From: Thalia democratica
Taxonomy: Eukaryota
Direction of reading: 5' to 3'
DNA length: 64,000 nt
Assembly: GCA_965202585.1 (NCBI GenBank)
Contig: OZ241828.1
Span: 36,208,001-36,272,000, forward strand
Shown here: in pieces, positions 50,701 to 64,000 of the stretch
Position numbering within the stretch: position 1 is the first letter of the stretch
Layout of the letters: each line of letters begins with the position of its first letter
Made by a program: the position numbers and the translations under genes
The notes under the pieces: generated by a model
The model's input: the letters and a program-made list of their open reading frames with translations, nothing else
Databases searched by the model: none
What the model was told of the DNA's origin: nothing

Positions 50701-53700
50701 CTGGCTGCTATTTACAATGTTGCAACAGGAAAGAAGAATTAATTGAAATTATGAAATTTAATTAAGGAATAAGAGTTGTAGTAAATCTCTCTAGTATGTG
50801 AAGATCGCATTAATGCGTGTTTGTTGTAAACTTAATTGGTTATGTTGTGTTAGTTCGCGTGTGAGTCATTTGGGACTTGGTTGCATTTGTTTAGATGAAA
50901 TTGTCACTTAATTCATACTGAGCAGTTAAGATTTATTTTTAGTTTCATTATCAAGTCTTATTTTCATAATAGGCATAACACATTTGTTGACAGGCAAATA
51001 TTTTTTAATTTTGCGTATGATGTGTAATCAAAACATTAATTCAAAACTTATTTCAAAAATATTAATGGGTTTAACTAAAAGGAGGTACCCCAAAACTCAA
51101 CAGATGCCTTACAATATAAAAAGTTTATCGCTAAATATTTAAAAAAATGTTTAGGTAACTACTAATAATTGTTTATTGATTTGTTATTTGATTGATAGAA
51201 CATAAAACATGTTTTTTACAACTTCTTACAAACGCATTTACAAATTCGCAGCAGATTTTAATAAAAATTGGTTTAACCATTAAGGTGGCAATAAACTCGG
51301 ATGATGACTACGCAGAAGAAACTTTTCCACAACTTGTCTTAAAACGACAGCCAAAGTTTAAAATTTTTCTTAATAGTAACTCAAGCAAAATACTTTTGCG
51401 CGCCCCTCGTCAAAACAAGTTTACTTTTTCTTATTTTGCAATCTGGCCTGTTTAATCTTGAAACATTTTAGTGGCGTATTATATCAGCTATGTGGTAAAA
51501 TATTGTGCATTAAGATGGAAAAAGGACTAACAAAAAGCTGTCAATGTTTCAAATTGTTTGGTTGTATAGTTAACACAGGTAGCTAAAACATTTATGAGCA
51601 ATAAACATAATGAAAAACAAATAGGATCCTTTTTGTCGAGTTATATAAATAAGACAGCTTTTTTTTGCGTCTTGATGCTAAAATTTTGTTGAAATAACAA
51701 GACAAGTTAAAAAAGCTCACTTGTAAGTTCATTTTGTCAAAAATGTTACGTCATAATAGTTGATGTTAAAAGCATGTCGCACGTGAAAGGTGGTATGTAT
51801 TCTGCTGTAAGAAAATGCTTTAAATTAGCATTTTTAAAAATTAGCTCATTATTCATTTTTGTTCAAGGATTATATAAACTGTCTAATAAAACAAAAAAAA
51901 AGTTTTGTTAAAACTGGTTAAAATAACCATGTTGGAATAGTCACAAGTCACATTTTGCTGTTTTTGTTTTATTTGTTTGAAATAGTTGTATTGACAATTT
52001 TGAACCGTCAAGTATCTAAACTGTCTCGTGTTCAGTCGGGAATTGTGTTAAAAACATGTCAAGTTTCTTATCGCATTTTATCGTTTGCCATCCTTTACTT
52101 TTTGTTGTTTCTAAACCGTGGCGCCAGTAACAAATCCCCATACAAGAAAAAAACATTTCTCCTGAAAACCAAGAAGTAGGTGGTTGATATGAGAAGTTTG
52201 AAGGGCTCACAAAGATGCTGATTAAAAAACAAAGGTGTGAAGACACATGAGACATTCATTTGCTAATAAAAAAGTTTGTGCTCAGAAGTGTTTGGGTTGT
52301 GTTATGAAGTTTGTTTACATCTTTGTGACTGTAATATTTATTTGTTTTAAGCTTACGTGAAAGGACTCATAAAGCTACAAGATCTAAACTTTTCATACCT
52401 TTCTTAAGTTAAGATAGTTTCTGTTTTTTTAGAAGTAGACTTTTAAAGATTTGTGAACAATTTAGACTTATTTTTAAGATATGATACTGAACATTGTGAC
52501 TAAAAATATTCACAACATTTTAAGAAAAACTTTAATGAATAGTTATCTAAACTTGAGTTTATACTTAAGTCTTAACGGGCAAAACGTAATCTAGTTCTAA
52601 CTCATGTTTTCTTAACTATACAAAGAGTGCTTTTTATATTTTATTTTAAGTTACTTTTAATCAAAAAAAACCACTACAAACTTTTAAATTTCAAGTTCAA
52701 AAGTAAAAATATTTGTTTGTTTGTATACGAACACTAAACTTAAAAAGAAAAAAAAAACATGTTTTCTTTATACTATAAAACACAGTTAAACTGAATTGTT
52801 ATAGATTTGCTTTTTGTTGAACATTAAACTGCTTATAAAAATAACAATTCTTATAAGCGTATATTTAACACACCAAGATTTTAATTTTAAGTTACCAGAT
52901 TTTTAAATCAGTTTTCATAGAAAAAGCAGCTAGTAATAATTTATTTGCTGCAAACATAAAAATACTTCAACGTTTTTCACAAAAACTTAAAAGTAAACTC
53001 TTGGCTGCGTAACAATAAAGTTTTTTGAGTGATTGAAGGATGACTTGTAACCTAGAGAAAAGCGAAAATCAACTGAACGCCAATTTGAATTTGTAGCGTG
53101 TAGATTAACGTGTTAAGTTGTTAATCCACGCATTTCTTTCGTACAAAAATAAACCTCAGTCAAATCTTATGTACAGTATCTCTTAATTTTGAAAAACTTT
53201 ACCAAGCTTAAAAGCATACCAATTTCAAGCTTATGACTTTTCAAAAGATTTTAAAGTTAACTTTATCTAAAAGCTTTTCAAGAAAATTTACTAAAGCCTA
53301 GACTTTCTATGTATAACTGCTCAACCATCTGTTTTACTGCTTAAACCGGCACAAACTTGAACTTCTGACCAGAAATAAAGTAATTCGGTGTGTTGTCTGG
53401 ATAGCTCAGGGTCAGAACTTTTTTTAAGCCTTCTTGTTGCATTGGTAGCATTTTGTCGGCAGGAAACCGTCGAAATTTTCAAATTTCAGAAGTTTTGTCG
53501 GCGGCAGATGTGCAAGTAAAACGTTGAATTAAGCAACCTATCATTATCGGTTGGTTACCGATTTTAAATTAAAAACATACGGTTTACAGCTGTAAGTTTA
53601 AACTTATGCTATAAAGAAGTACAAAGATAAATTTTAACGCTTACTTAATTTAAATCGATTTTGCTTGCACAACACAATATTGCAGTTGAAATTTTGTTTA

Positions 53701-54449
53701 CAGCTAGCGCCTCAAATTTTAAAGTTAGTTTAAAACAGTAGATAAAGGGTTAAACAAAAAAGTATTTGTTGTCAGTTTACTAAACATGTACAAATTATAT
53801 TTGGCTTACTGATTATTTTTAAAACAGACTTTTTCATGTCAGCATATACAGTTATAACATGTAAGCTTTTTAATGTTAAATTAAAATTGCAAAATTTATG
53901 TAAAATAAAAAATAAAAGTTGTTTTATGCTCAAAACTTAATTAACTTTAAAATAAAATATCTTCTTGCGAATTTATATTTATATGTTGAGGTTTTCAAAT
54001 AGCTATAGTTTACTCAAAAAGTAAATGTATTTAGTAAGACATGACTTTCACCAGCTTATGCTATGGGTAACGTACTGTTTAGGTTAATAATTACGTGTAA
54101 CAGACGTTGGTATTTTACAAATTAAAATAATCGAAAGTTTATAACTCTTTTTTTTACTGACTCTAAATACACACAATTGTTAGACTTATGTAAATTCAAA
54201 ACTAAACAACTACAATTGATAGACTTTTTTACCAACCCAGCGACCTTTTTTTTTTGCACTTGTCTTTTTTCCCTTATCTCGTTTTAGAAGATAATATTTT
54301 AGAGAAAAAAGTTCACTTGTAGTTATACAAGGCATATGCAGCCAGCACACTTCAACTTGATTTTTGTTTTTAGTTTTTTGTAACACCAAGTTAGCTATTA
54401 AAAATTTTTTGTTCATAAGCGTCATAAAATTAGCCAATCAGGACATCAG

Positions 54450-54756
54450 ATGAAAACTTCGCAGGTCGCTCATTTGACTAAGAATTTCAATGTTTCGCCT
54501 AAAAGTGGGGAGAACAACTTTGACAGCTTTCATTTGGACGATACGACGCCACCTTACGGCTACTACTCGGTGGACAGCACCCAGGAATTCTTCTCACCTA
54601 GGCAGAACTATCAAATAGGGGAAAGCACCGGAAGCGAAATTGACTTTAATTCGAACCAGGGACAAGTTTCGAGCCAGGGGATGACCCCAATGTCGAGCGG
54701 GTCAAGTCAGATTGTTTTTTCTCAAAGTGTAGACATCACACAAAAAGTTAATAGAG
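54450..54756 (+). CDS. Isl: Islet copy B coding exon 1
   Basis: Gap-free paralog of 8458-8764 (MKTSQVAHLTKNF...DDTTPPYGYYSVDSTQE...). Donor G|GTTAAT, with an alternative donor after 54705. Confidence 0.7.
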
Positions 54757-55882
54757 GTTAATAGTCTTGTACTTTGTTAATAAATAAATTTCAGAAAGTT
54801 TTATGTAATCGATATATAAATATATTTTAACAAAAGAAATGTATGAATAAAAATATTCTTTCTTTTATATTTATAATAACATTTAAACATTAACGTAAAG
54901 TTTTATTTTCTCTTTTTTATTTAAAACAAAAACAGTTTTATTGAGCGCAGTATTTATCATAATATAATTCGACGAGAATAATTCTTTTTATAAACAACTA
55001 TCTTATATTTTAACGTCAAAAAGCTACTGAAAGTATTATACACAAGTATTTTAAATTAATAAATCTTTATTTTGCATCTTTATTCGAAACAAACAAAATG
55101 GCGTTTCACTAAATTGTAGTACGAACAACACAAAGTTGCAACTGTTGTATAACCAAAAAAATTTTTATTAATAAATAGCATTCATAAAAAAGCTATTTAC
55201 ACTTTGATATTAAACAATCGTAAGTAACTAGATATGCTAGTAGTATAGATAGCTGAAGGGTTTAAAATATAGAAGTTTCGTTTTAAGATACTAAAAAAGT
55301 TTTGCCGACTAGCAGTAAAACGTTTAGTGGGCTTGAGAAAAGGAATAAAGTTTGATAATTAACTTAATTAATTGGAATTAAGTGTTTGACTAACAAATTA
55401 CAAGTTTTGTAGACGCCGGTAAAAATTCACGCAAATTTGCAGCAAATTAAGCGGCCATCATCCCGGTGAACCAATGTAGCTACCGGTCTAAACGGCTAAA
55501 AAGTAGTTATATTTTTGATAAAAAACGTTTTATTTAACTCACCTTGTCTTCCTTTTAAGCCGCAATGAGGTGAATTTATGATTCTTTTTCCGGTGGTCGC
55601 TTTTACTTAATTGAAATTACGCGAAATGCGAAGTTAAATTTTTATTTTACTTAAAACTTCTTGTCGATTTACTTAAAATATATTTTTTTTAGTATTAATG
55701 CAAGATTAATTTTAGCAAATAGTAACAAAGATTTATGTACAGAAGACACAATTAAATTACAAAAACGCATATACATTTTTTATTTTTTTTACAACACTTG
55801 CTCAGATACAAACAGGAATACTTCAAAGTTCATGACTCAACTTAATTTTATCATTAAGTTATTCAATTAATATTTTTTTTAG

Positions 55883-56063
55883 GTTTTACAAGAAACTGCA
55901 TGGGGTGCGGGCACCTAATTCACGGCCCCTACATCAGCACGTCACAAGGGGTCGACTGGCACTCACAGTGTCTCAAGTGCGCCACATGCGGATGTAACCT
56001 GGGAGATATGAGAACCTGTTATATCAAGGACGACAAACCTTACTGCAAAAACGATTATTTCAA
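55883..56063 (+). CDS. Isl: Islet copy B exon 2, LIM domain 1
   Basis: ttttttag| acceptor and AA|GTTTGT donor. Encodes CMGCGHLIHGPYISTSQGVDWHSQCLKCATC...YCKNDYF with all zinc ligands intact. Absent from the ORF track. Confidence 0.95.
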
Positions 56064-59000
56064 GTTTGTATAAGATTATATATGATACTTTTGTAATACG
56101 CTTGATTTTGTTTTAGTGCTCGAAGAATGTATCTCACATGTAATATATCAGAAACTTTAAAATTAAGTAATTACTTGGTAATATGTTAAGTCTATTTTAG
56201 ATCACTATGAAAGCTATTTTAGTATTCATCTATGTAGAAGAGGTTTAAATGAAAATTTAATTTTAGAAAACACTACTTTAGAAACATTTGTTTTTCTTAA
56301 AACAACTAGTAAGTATACAAACAAGTGGTTACAAAACAATTCAAGTTCAGACAACTAAAACTCTTGAAAAAAAAAAAAAAGGGCCACATTTCAAATTTTA
56401 GTAAACATTTTATTTAAATAATAAAAGCGATCATAGGTCTATATAATACCTACAAACAGATTTTTTGACTTTGCAAATTTTAAATATTTTTCGAGGTATG
56501 TCAAATATAAGTTTTAAAGCTTAGAATTTTTAAGAACATGTTTAACTTCTCTGTAAATAAATAATTTTTTTTTAAATAATAATAGTGTTTTTGGATATTA
56601 ATTAAACCTACAATTGTTTTTTTTTTTTTTAATTTATTACTTTTAGAGTTGTAGTTTTCTAAACCTTTTTTTAAGAATTTGAATTGTCGGAATTTGAGTT
56701 GTCTGAATTTAAATAGTCGAGCACCCCAAACTTACTAACAAGTTGTGTACCGTTTACTCAAATATTTTTAGTTTTATATTACTTATCAATCATACTTTGT
56801 TTTTCATTTTTTCAAATTAATTAATTATATGTTCATTAATATATTTTATTTACTTACATAACTGAAAATTTTTAATCACCGTTTTACATTTAATTAAACT
56901 TAGTAGTCATGAAAAAAACGAACAGCAATACTTCAAGTTATATAAATAAGTTAGTTTGTGAATTATATTTTACAATACTCACACTCTATCTTAAAATATC
57001 TTAAAATAAAAAGTTTACATAGTCATAAACTGTATTATATTAAAATTAAACACTTTAATCTTGAAAAGGACCATGATGCGCTGCAAAAACCTTAAAACTT
57101 TAATGCTAAACAGCGATGAATTAAAATTAAACTTGCAAGTGACACGAAATCGATCAAATAATATTCAACTGAAGCTGCAAAACCTTTTAATTTTGACGCT
57201 GGTGATTGAAAACACCTGTTTTGTTTAAAAAACCTCTGAAATGTTTTAAAAAAATTAAAAAGATTACAAAGCTATTTTCGCATGTCTCAAATTGGTCTTC
57301 TGCATTAACTTAAAAGCAAAACTGTCAGTTCAATTAATTCACGTGACAAACATTTATATTGAAGCTCTGTGTATTGAATATTGGACTATTTTGTATCGTT
57401 GTTGTTTAAAAACAAACATCTTGGAAAACATTAAAAAAAAAGTTTTTTGCTGAAATGGATATTTATCGCAAACCACACGAATTTAACTGCTAAATTTGAT
57501 AATTCAATTAACTAAATAGTAAAAAAATTTGAATTAAAGTTTGAAGAAAGTGCGTGAAGTGGAAATTAAAGTTCAAACAAAAAAGTAACTTATATTTTGC
57601 CTGTTAAACAATCAAAGCTTAAAAACGAAAATACACAAAAACTACGCGATTAAGAAGAATAACAATATTTTTAAGCCTCTGTACAAATATGGACAAATAT
57701 TTTTTTATGATATGTAAGTATTCATACTTTAAACTGTGTAACTGCAAGATAATTTATCTGATTAACTTGTTACGTTAAATGTTTAAATAATTTTAGTTTC
57801 TTAGCTTTTTTAGTTTTTATAAACTTTTTTTTTTTTAACTAAGTTTAGAAAAATAAAAATTAACTATACTTTGTGTATTTTAAAATAATCTTAAATTTTG
57901 TCACTTATACAATGTTAATAATTTTCTTAATGAAAAAATTGATTTATGTTTTTAAAACAATTTAAATATAAAACACACTGGAATTAATAACACGTAAATA
58001 TCAAAACAAATCTTAAACTTCAAATTAAAAAAAACTAGATTTTTTATTTTTTAATTTAGGTTTAAATAATTCAGTTTTGCATTTTAAAAGGCCTTAAAAC
58101 CCGACTCCAAAATTGTATAATTGTTTAGTTATCGAGAATTATCAATGTTATTTTTACTTGCTGACTTTCAGTGTTAATTGCAAAAACCGATTCTTTTGCC
58201 AAACTCGATCTGATTTTAAAGTTGCGCGCGACGAAATTGATTTTGTTTGGTAAATAAAAAATCTAAGACATAAAATAAAACATTTAAAGTCGTTCGTTAA
58301 GTATTTTCTAGGCCGAAGATTTTTAATTGTTTTTTTTTACTTAACTTTTTCTAGCTTGACAGAAGCTAAACAACTTAATCTTTAAAATACGTGTTAAATT
58401 AAACTCAGCTTTCTAAAAATTTAATTTTTTTTACTAAAGTTTAAAAAAGGTTGTTAAAAGTTTATATTTTTTTAAAGTATGCAAATGTTTTTAAAAGAGT
58501 AAAACACACCAGCGACTAAATAGTTCTAATATTTTTAAACATACACTACATATTTTAGAATTAAAATATAAAAATATTATTTTTATTTTCGAGTGATTGA
58601 TATAATCGTATGAAAAAGCAAATATACTAAATTACATTGACGACATATGACACCCGTGTGACAAAAATTCCAAGTAGGCAGTTAAAAATTAAGCAAATTT
58701 TACAACTGTGAAAATTTTATAAATCCATATTATAATTCACACTTCTCATAAATAAAACGGTCGTGTGACAGAAAAGTGTCTGTTTTGTTTTGTTCCATTG
58801 TCAGCAGTCTCATAAATATTTCACAAGTTTAAACAAGCAAGATTTCATTCTTATCTCTCCTTCATTTTAAAACTGGCCGTCAAAACTTGATTCAAAACAT
58901 TGACATTTTTTTTTAAATTATTTCCGATACAAGCGAGTTTAAGTTTTTCTGCATTTGTAAAGACAAAAACAAAGTCAAAATTTTTTTTGACGAATACAAA

Positions 59001-62000
59001 ACTAACAGCGAAAGTTTCCAGTCTTTTCACTGTTTAGTATCTTCCGCCTAATACAGTCTCTTATTTACAACTTGAGCCCCAAAACTTGTTTAATCTTGTA
59101 ATATTAATTGCTGCTTCTTCAAGCTTCGTCTTGTTTAATGTCACTCAATTTTTTCATGCTCGCCCGTGCATGACGTGTAAACGCTGATTTTTTACAAAAC
59201 AATTTTCCGGTTGAAAAAAAATTCAAGTGCCATTCACTGAGATCATGTTACGCTTTAGGCAGCTTTTGTTACGTAGACAACAGAGCCGGAAATTCGAATA
59301 AGAAGCAGAATGCGTCAACCCAACAAGCAAGAATAAGTGATAGAGATTAAACCCCTCTGTTCTTGCTAGGAAACATTACTACAAAAAGAAAGAGCAATTA
59401 ATCAAACGGTTTCTGACTTGCAGCTTGATTTTACAATCTCGAGCCAAAGTTCACTCGATGGCGGCAAGCACTTAGCCTCTTTCACACCCAGTCGGCCTCT
59501 TTGAGCAAACTTAACGAAGTTACTTATGTTTGTAAATAATGTTTTTAAGATTTCAAAACTTGAAAAAAAATCGTATAGGAATAATCTAAAATTGTGAGCA
59601 AAGTTTACATTTCAGTTCGTAATGCTACCAGAAACGTTGCCACGTTTTTAAAATCATCGCTTTATTACCTGCCTCACCGCAAATTTGTGACGTCATAGTC
59701 AAAACCGACAAAGGCTCAGCGACGTCAGCAGTGAAATGCCATAACTTAACAGTTCAAAGAAGAATTTAGAATCTCTCATGAAACCTGAGCTGCTTAACTC
59801 TTACGTTGCCAACTGCAATTAGCTTGAAGTGAATTGATAACTCGCGATAATAGGAAGTTGCTACATTGTCGCTTGCAGTTGTCGTTGTTGGTGTGAAGCC
59901 AAAATATCGATGCCGTAAACATAGAAGTACCCTTATAACAGTAATAAATAATAGACAGAATATTAAGGTTATAATTACTTATAAACTATTAGTAGTTTTA
60001 AAAATTACTTCGTAAAGGGTGTTTTAATATATTTTGTTTGTTAATATTTTCATCAGTGGGCCGCCATTCAAAAGTTAACGTGATGTTTTTCCTAAATGAC
60101 GTAATGTATGTTCGAGGCTTTAAGTTTTCGAGTTTCGAGATGCTCGCCTTGCAATAGCGTAATCAATACAAAATATCTACATTCGAAAACTACTCGATAG
60201 TTTTTCCTAAAACTTTATGATGTCTAATTAATTTATTTTATTTAGTTTTATCCAGTGTTTGCCTGCGGTTTATTGAAGCTTTATGTCGATAACTTAATAT
60301 AGAAAATAACGATTTTGTTAAATCAATTTTATAACTTTTTTTTTACAAAACGTATTACAACTAATCAATGAAACATGAAAATATTGTATGAAAAAGTCTA
60401 AAATCTTTATTATGTTAAAAAATATACCAAGCATTAATCATCATTAATTCAATTATTAATCATTTAATCGCTAAAAACAACAAAAAAACTTAGCACTTAG
60501 AATGGCAATCAATACTTATGCTTGTGTTGCACACAAACACACAAAAGACGATTTAAACTGACACCACTAATTACCAGTAGGCTGTGTTTAAACACACAAG
60601 CTTGACCCAAAACACCAAACTTCGTTTATTTTCACCAAACACATTAAATTGAACATCCATCAAACAGATTAGTAGTTGAAAAGTTGTCGAGTTTCCGTAA
60701 CTTGTTCGTGCCTTGCTACGAGCTTTATTTGCAAAACAAGTATAAGTTTCAATCTGCAAAAAAAGTGATCTGTAAACAAACTTTTCATAAGCTGTTAGAA
60801 ACGATACTTTAAATCGTTAGTTAATAAATAGCCGTTGTATAAGTGCTATTATGTGATACTTATGCTAAAATCAAAATCAGTTAAAAAAAACTAAGATAGT
60901 GAATATATGAATAATTAAGTCTTCATACACTTAATCGTGCCTATATATTATATATATATAACAATATACTGTTTATAAGCACTAAAAGCTTCTTGTTAGA
61001 TTTTTTATTACTTACGACAAAACAAACCAGACTTAAGCTTCGAAAAAGACTTTGTTTAAAATATTAAAAAAAAAAAAAAAGGAAACAAAGAGTTTGCTTG
61101 AAATTTCTTTCCGGGTGTATTTTCTTTATGGAAAACATAGAAAGCAAAACTAAATTTATACTGAAAACTAACATGATTAAATTAGCAACAAAGACTACAA
61201 ATTTGTGAGGTCTAACAGTCTGCATGATTCGCGACAGTCGACACATGTTATCGGCAGAAAAAGTTTTTGCTTAATTATTACTGATTCATACGATTGCCAA
61301 TTTTCATTGTAGAAATTTTTTATATTTCTATGTTAGCTTTTAAAAATTTCGGTGAACCTACGCTTAGAAAAATAGCATGGTTTATCATTTAAATAATTTT
61401 AAACTTAAGTATTTAGTTTTAAACTTGAATTCGCTGAAAGGATTAAATTGTAGCTAAAATATCAGTTTCATTTTGAAAGTTATTGTTTTACCGTCTACAG
61501 ATAAGAAAGTTTTAATCAATTATTCGAAAACACCAAAGTAAACCACAACAACGGTCTTAGTTAAATTTCAATGACGTCATAATAGTTTCTGAAGTCAGTT
61601 GCCAAGTTACAATGCAGCTCAGGTGGCATAGTACGATTGATTGAGCAAAAAACTCAATCCGGACTGTCGACTGGAATTGAGGAACAGACACACAAGCAGA
61701 CACAACAAACAGAGAATATTTACAAGTAAATACACAGTGAAAGTCCTACGGGAGCGAGTATTATTATCAGGAACCACTGGCATATAATTACGTCATAATA
61801 GTCTGTCAATGCCCACGTAACTCTCAGTTTGTGTCTTTTCATAAGTTCTTTAGCTCATATTATAGTTTGTGCAACCGGTTGTCTTTTTATCAGTATTATT
61901 TTACAAATAATATTTGAATAATTTGAGCTTAACAGTTAAATTATTATAAATGATAGAAAGTGCATAAAGAAAAAAATATTTGATAATTTGCATAATAATA

Positions 62001-62460
62001 ATATTTTTTTTAGTTTATACACAACAAAAAAAGATAATCAATATGAAAATTCTTATTATTTAAAGATTCTCTAACAAAATTTTTGATTATCAAAGGTAAA
62101 CATTTTCCAAAAAACTACTAAAAACGTAATTAAAAACCTATTAAACTATTAAAAAACGACTTTAACTTTAAAGAATTGATAATTAAGTTATTTTTTCAAA
62201 ATAACATTAAGTTGCTGCTTTTAGAAAACCAATTAATTTAGTGGTTTAATTTTACTAAGAATAAATTTTCTTGAAGATTTCAAATTGTAAATAATCTTTT
62301 AAACTCAGTCCCTTTTAAAGAGTTAGAAAAAAAGTTATTTTGAAACTTGTACAACATTTGAAAGCTTAAGTAAGTTGTTCTTAAAACTTTTATTTGAAAC
62401 ACCTTCAACTAAAACAAGTAAACCAATAAGAAACGTAACTAAGCTGTGCTTTATTTTTAG

Positions 62461-62559
62461 CTTGTTTGCTCCGAAATGTGCAAAGTGCAAACTTGGACTG
62501 GTCAAAGGGGAGTTTATGATGTCTAGCAGAGATAAAAAGTATCACGTTCAGTGCTTTAG
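62461..62559 (+). CDS. Isl: Islet copy B exon 3, LIM2 first half
   Basis: atttttag| acceptor and AG|GTTAGT donor. Five nucleotide differences from copy A, four of them synonymous. Confidence 0.95.
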
Positions 62560-62772
62560 GTTAGTACATCATTACAAAAGTTTGTTTGACCCATCAATCT
62601 AGCTTTAAAATTCTAAACAGCTTCTGGTGCATGAACACTATAACAATAAATTTATATTTTTCAAAAGTAGTTTACCTAAAACTATTGAAAGTAGTTCTTT
62701 TTAATGTTGAGCACGTTTTAATAATTAGACGTTAATTATGAATCATTTGTTATCAGTTGATTTGCATTACAG

Positions 62773-62900
62773 ATGTTACACCTGCCACAAACAGCTGATA
62801 CCAGGAGATTCTTTTGTATGTAACGACGATGGGAGCATCTACTGCTTGCGAGATTACGAAAAAATCTTCAACAAATCAGCAGACGACAACAGAGTTATTG
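62773..62900 (+). CDS. Isl: Islet copy B exon 4, LIM2 second half (gene continues beyond the window)
   Basis: cattacag| acceptor and G|GTGAGT donor. Encodes CYTCHKQLIPGDSFVCNDDGSIYCLRDY. The homeobox exon is expected past 64000. Confidence 0.95.
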
Positions 62901-64000
62901 GTGAGTCATTTGACTGTTAAAATGCTGTGGTACAATTTTGTAAAAAGTAATGTTTTAAAAAGTGTCATCTTATAGGCAAAGGTATTTACAAAAATTTAAA
63001 GCTTAATTTCCAAACAAAGTTATATGTTCTACTTCATGCTGAAATTTCAAAAAAGATATGTTACTTTTTAAACGTTTACCTTAACTTAAAACTTAATAGG
63101 ACTTATTCATTGAGCAATCAAGTTTAAAAATGTTTTTGTTAAACGTTTATTATTTTAAGGTAAACAAAAGTATTTTAAACATTTTAAAAACAGTTTGTTT
63201 GAGTTTTTATGTTTATTATTTATTTAGTTTTTTCAATATTCAGTTTTTACTTGTCCTTTGTTGTTAGTAAATGTCAATACTTATAAGGTGCTCTAGTAAA
63301 ATTAAAAAAAATTATACATTTTATTTACTTTTTAAAGTAAAACTTGTTTAAGATTATTTGAATTGATAACTGTATTTATATTATAGTAGCATGATAGTTT
63401 TCTAATACAAATATTTATTTTCGTATTCATTTTCAATATCAAATAAAAATAAATAAACTGGTTGTGCAAATCTACCTATAATACCATTTGAAGTACATTT
63501 ACTAAACAGAGACTTAAAGTTAAAACATACAAAATGTAACTTAAACACCCTAAATTAAAGTTTTAATCACTTATTAACCTCTAACTTGCTCGAGGTGTCA
63601 GAAGCTCAAACAGAAGTCAGTCAACCGTGAAGAAAACATACTCCCTTGTCAGTGGCTACTATTTAATAAGGTAATCCGTGCAAGTTAACCTCCCATAACT
63701 CGACCTTCGCACTTTGCAATCTGATCAGATTTTCCGCGGCAAAACTTGCAGCACAATGAAGCTCGTTGTAGAGTGAAGAGGGAATTACTACTAATCAAAA
63801 CTTTTTTTGATTGTTGAAACTGAAAAGTTTTTGAACTTCTGGCTTTTCCGTTTGTTTTTTTTAATTAGTTATCGCCTTAAATTAGCACCAAAATGTTATT
63901 GATCTTACTGGTTTTGGTTCTGCCTTTCTTGCTGCGTAGAGAAACTCTCGCAAGATAAAAACGTCAAAGCTAATTATTAATGTGTGATAAAGTTGAAGAA

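Larger units (their letters stand above)
46250..63870 (+). repeat. Second unit of an old direct tandem segmental duplication, paralogous to ~1-17600
   Basis: Colinear homologous islands at an offset of about 46 kb from the window start to intron 4. Exon lengths are identical and intron sizes similar (intron 1: 1161 vs 1126; intron 2: 6221 vs 6397). Neither breakpoint is visible. Confidence 0.95.

Noticed and set aside
46250-63870. Second Islet copy as an uncollapsed allelic haplotype
   Set aside because: Introns are largely unalignable outside the islands and there are many amino-acid differences, which is too divergent for ordinary alleles. Read depth would settle it.

Overview
Very AT-rich eukaryotic (metazoan) genomic DNA. 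The species cannot be determined from the sequence. The compact introns, exon junctions matching vertebrate Isl1 and C-terminal motif suggest an invertebrate bilaterian, possibly a tunicate-like chordate (inference). The window holds two tandem + strand copies, about 46 kb apart, of an Islet-class LIM-homeobox gene. Copy A (ATG 8458) is complete. Its seven well-supported, phase-consistent coding exons encode an N-terminal region, LIM1, LIM2, the homeodomain, a [12 protein letters not shown] motif and an S-rich tail, and end at about 28.3 kb; two further 3' exons are uncertain. Copy B (ATG 54450) shows exons 1-4 and runs off the window end in intron 4. The duplication carried at least 8 kb of upstream DNA plus the introns. 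These have diverged except for a colinear series of conserved non-coding islands (candidate enhancers). Copy A has a divergent, extremely GC3-rich homeobox and apparently lacks the canonical Lhx3-binding segment. Mobile DNA comprises a 3.26 kb hAT (Charlie/Buster/SPIN-like) element with a perfect 8-bp TSD, two related foldback/Mutator-like MITEs and a Penelope-like GIY-YIG remnant. No tRNA, rRNA or CRISPR was recognised. All counts are by hand and comparisons with vertebrate or fly proteins are from memory.
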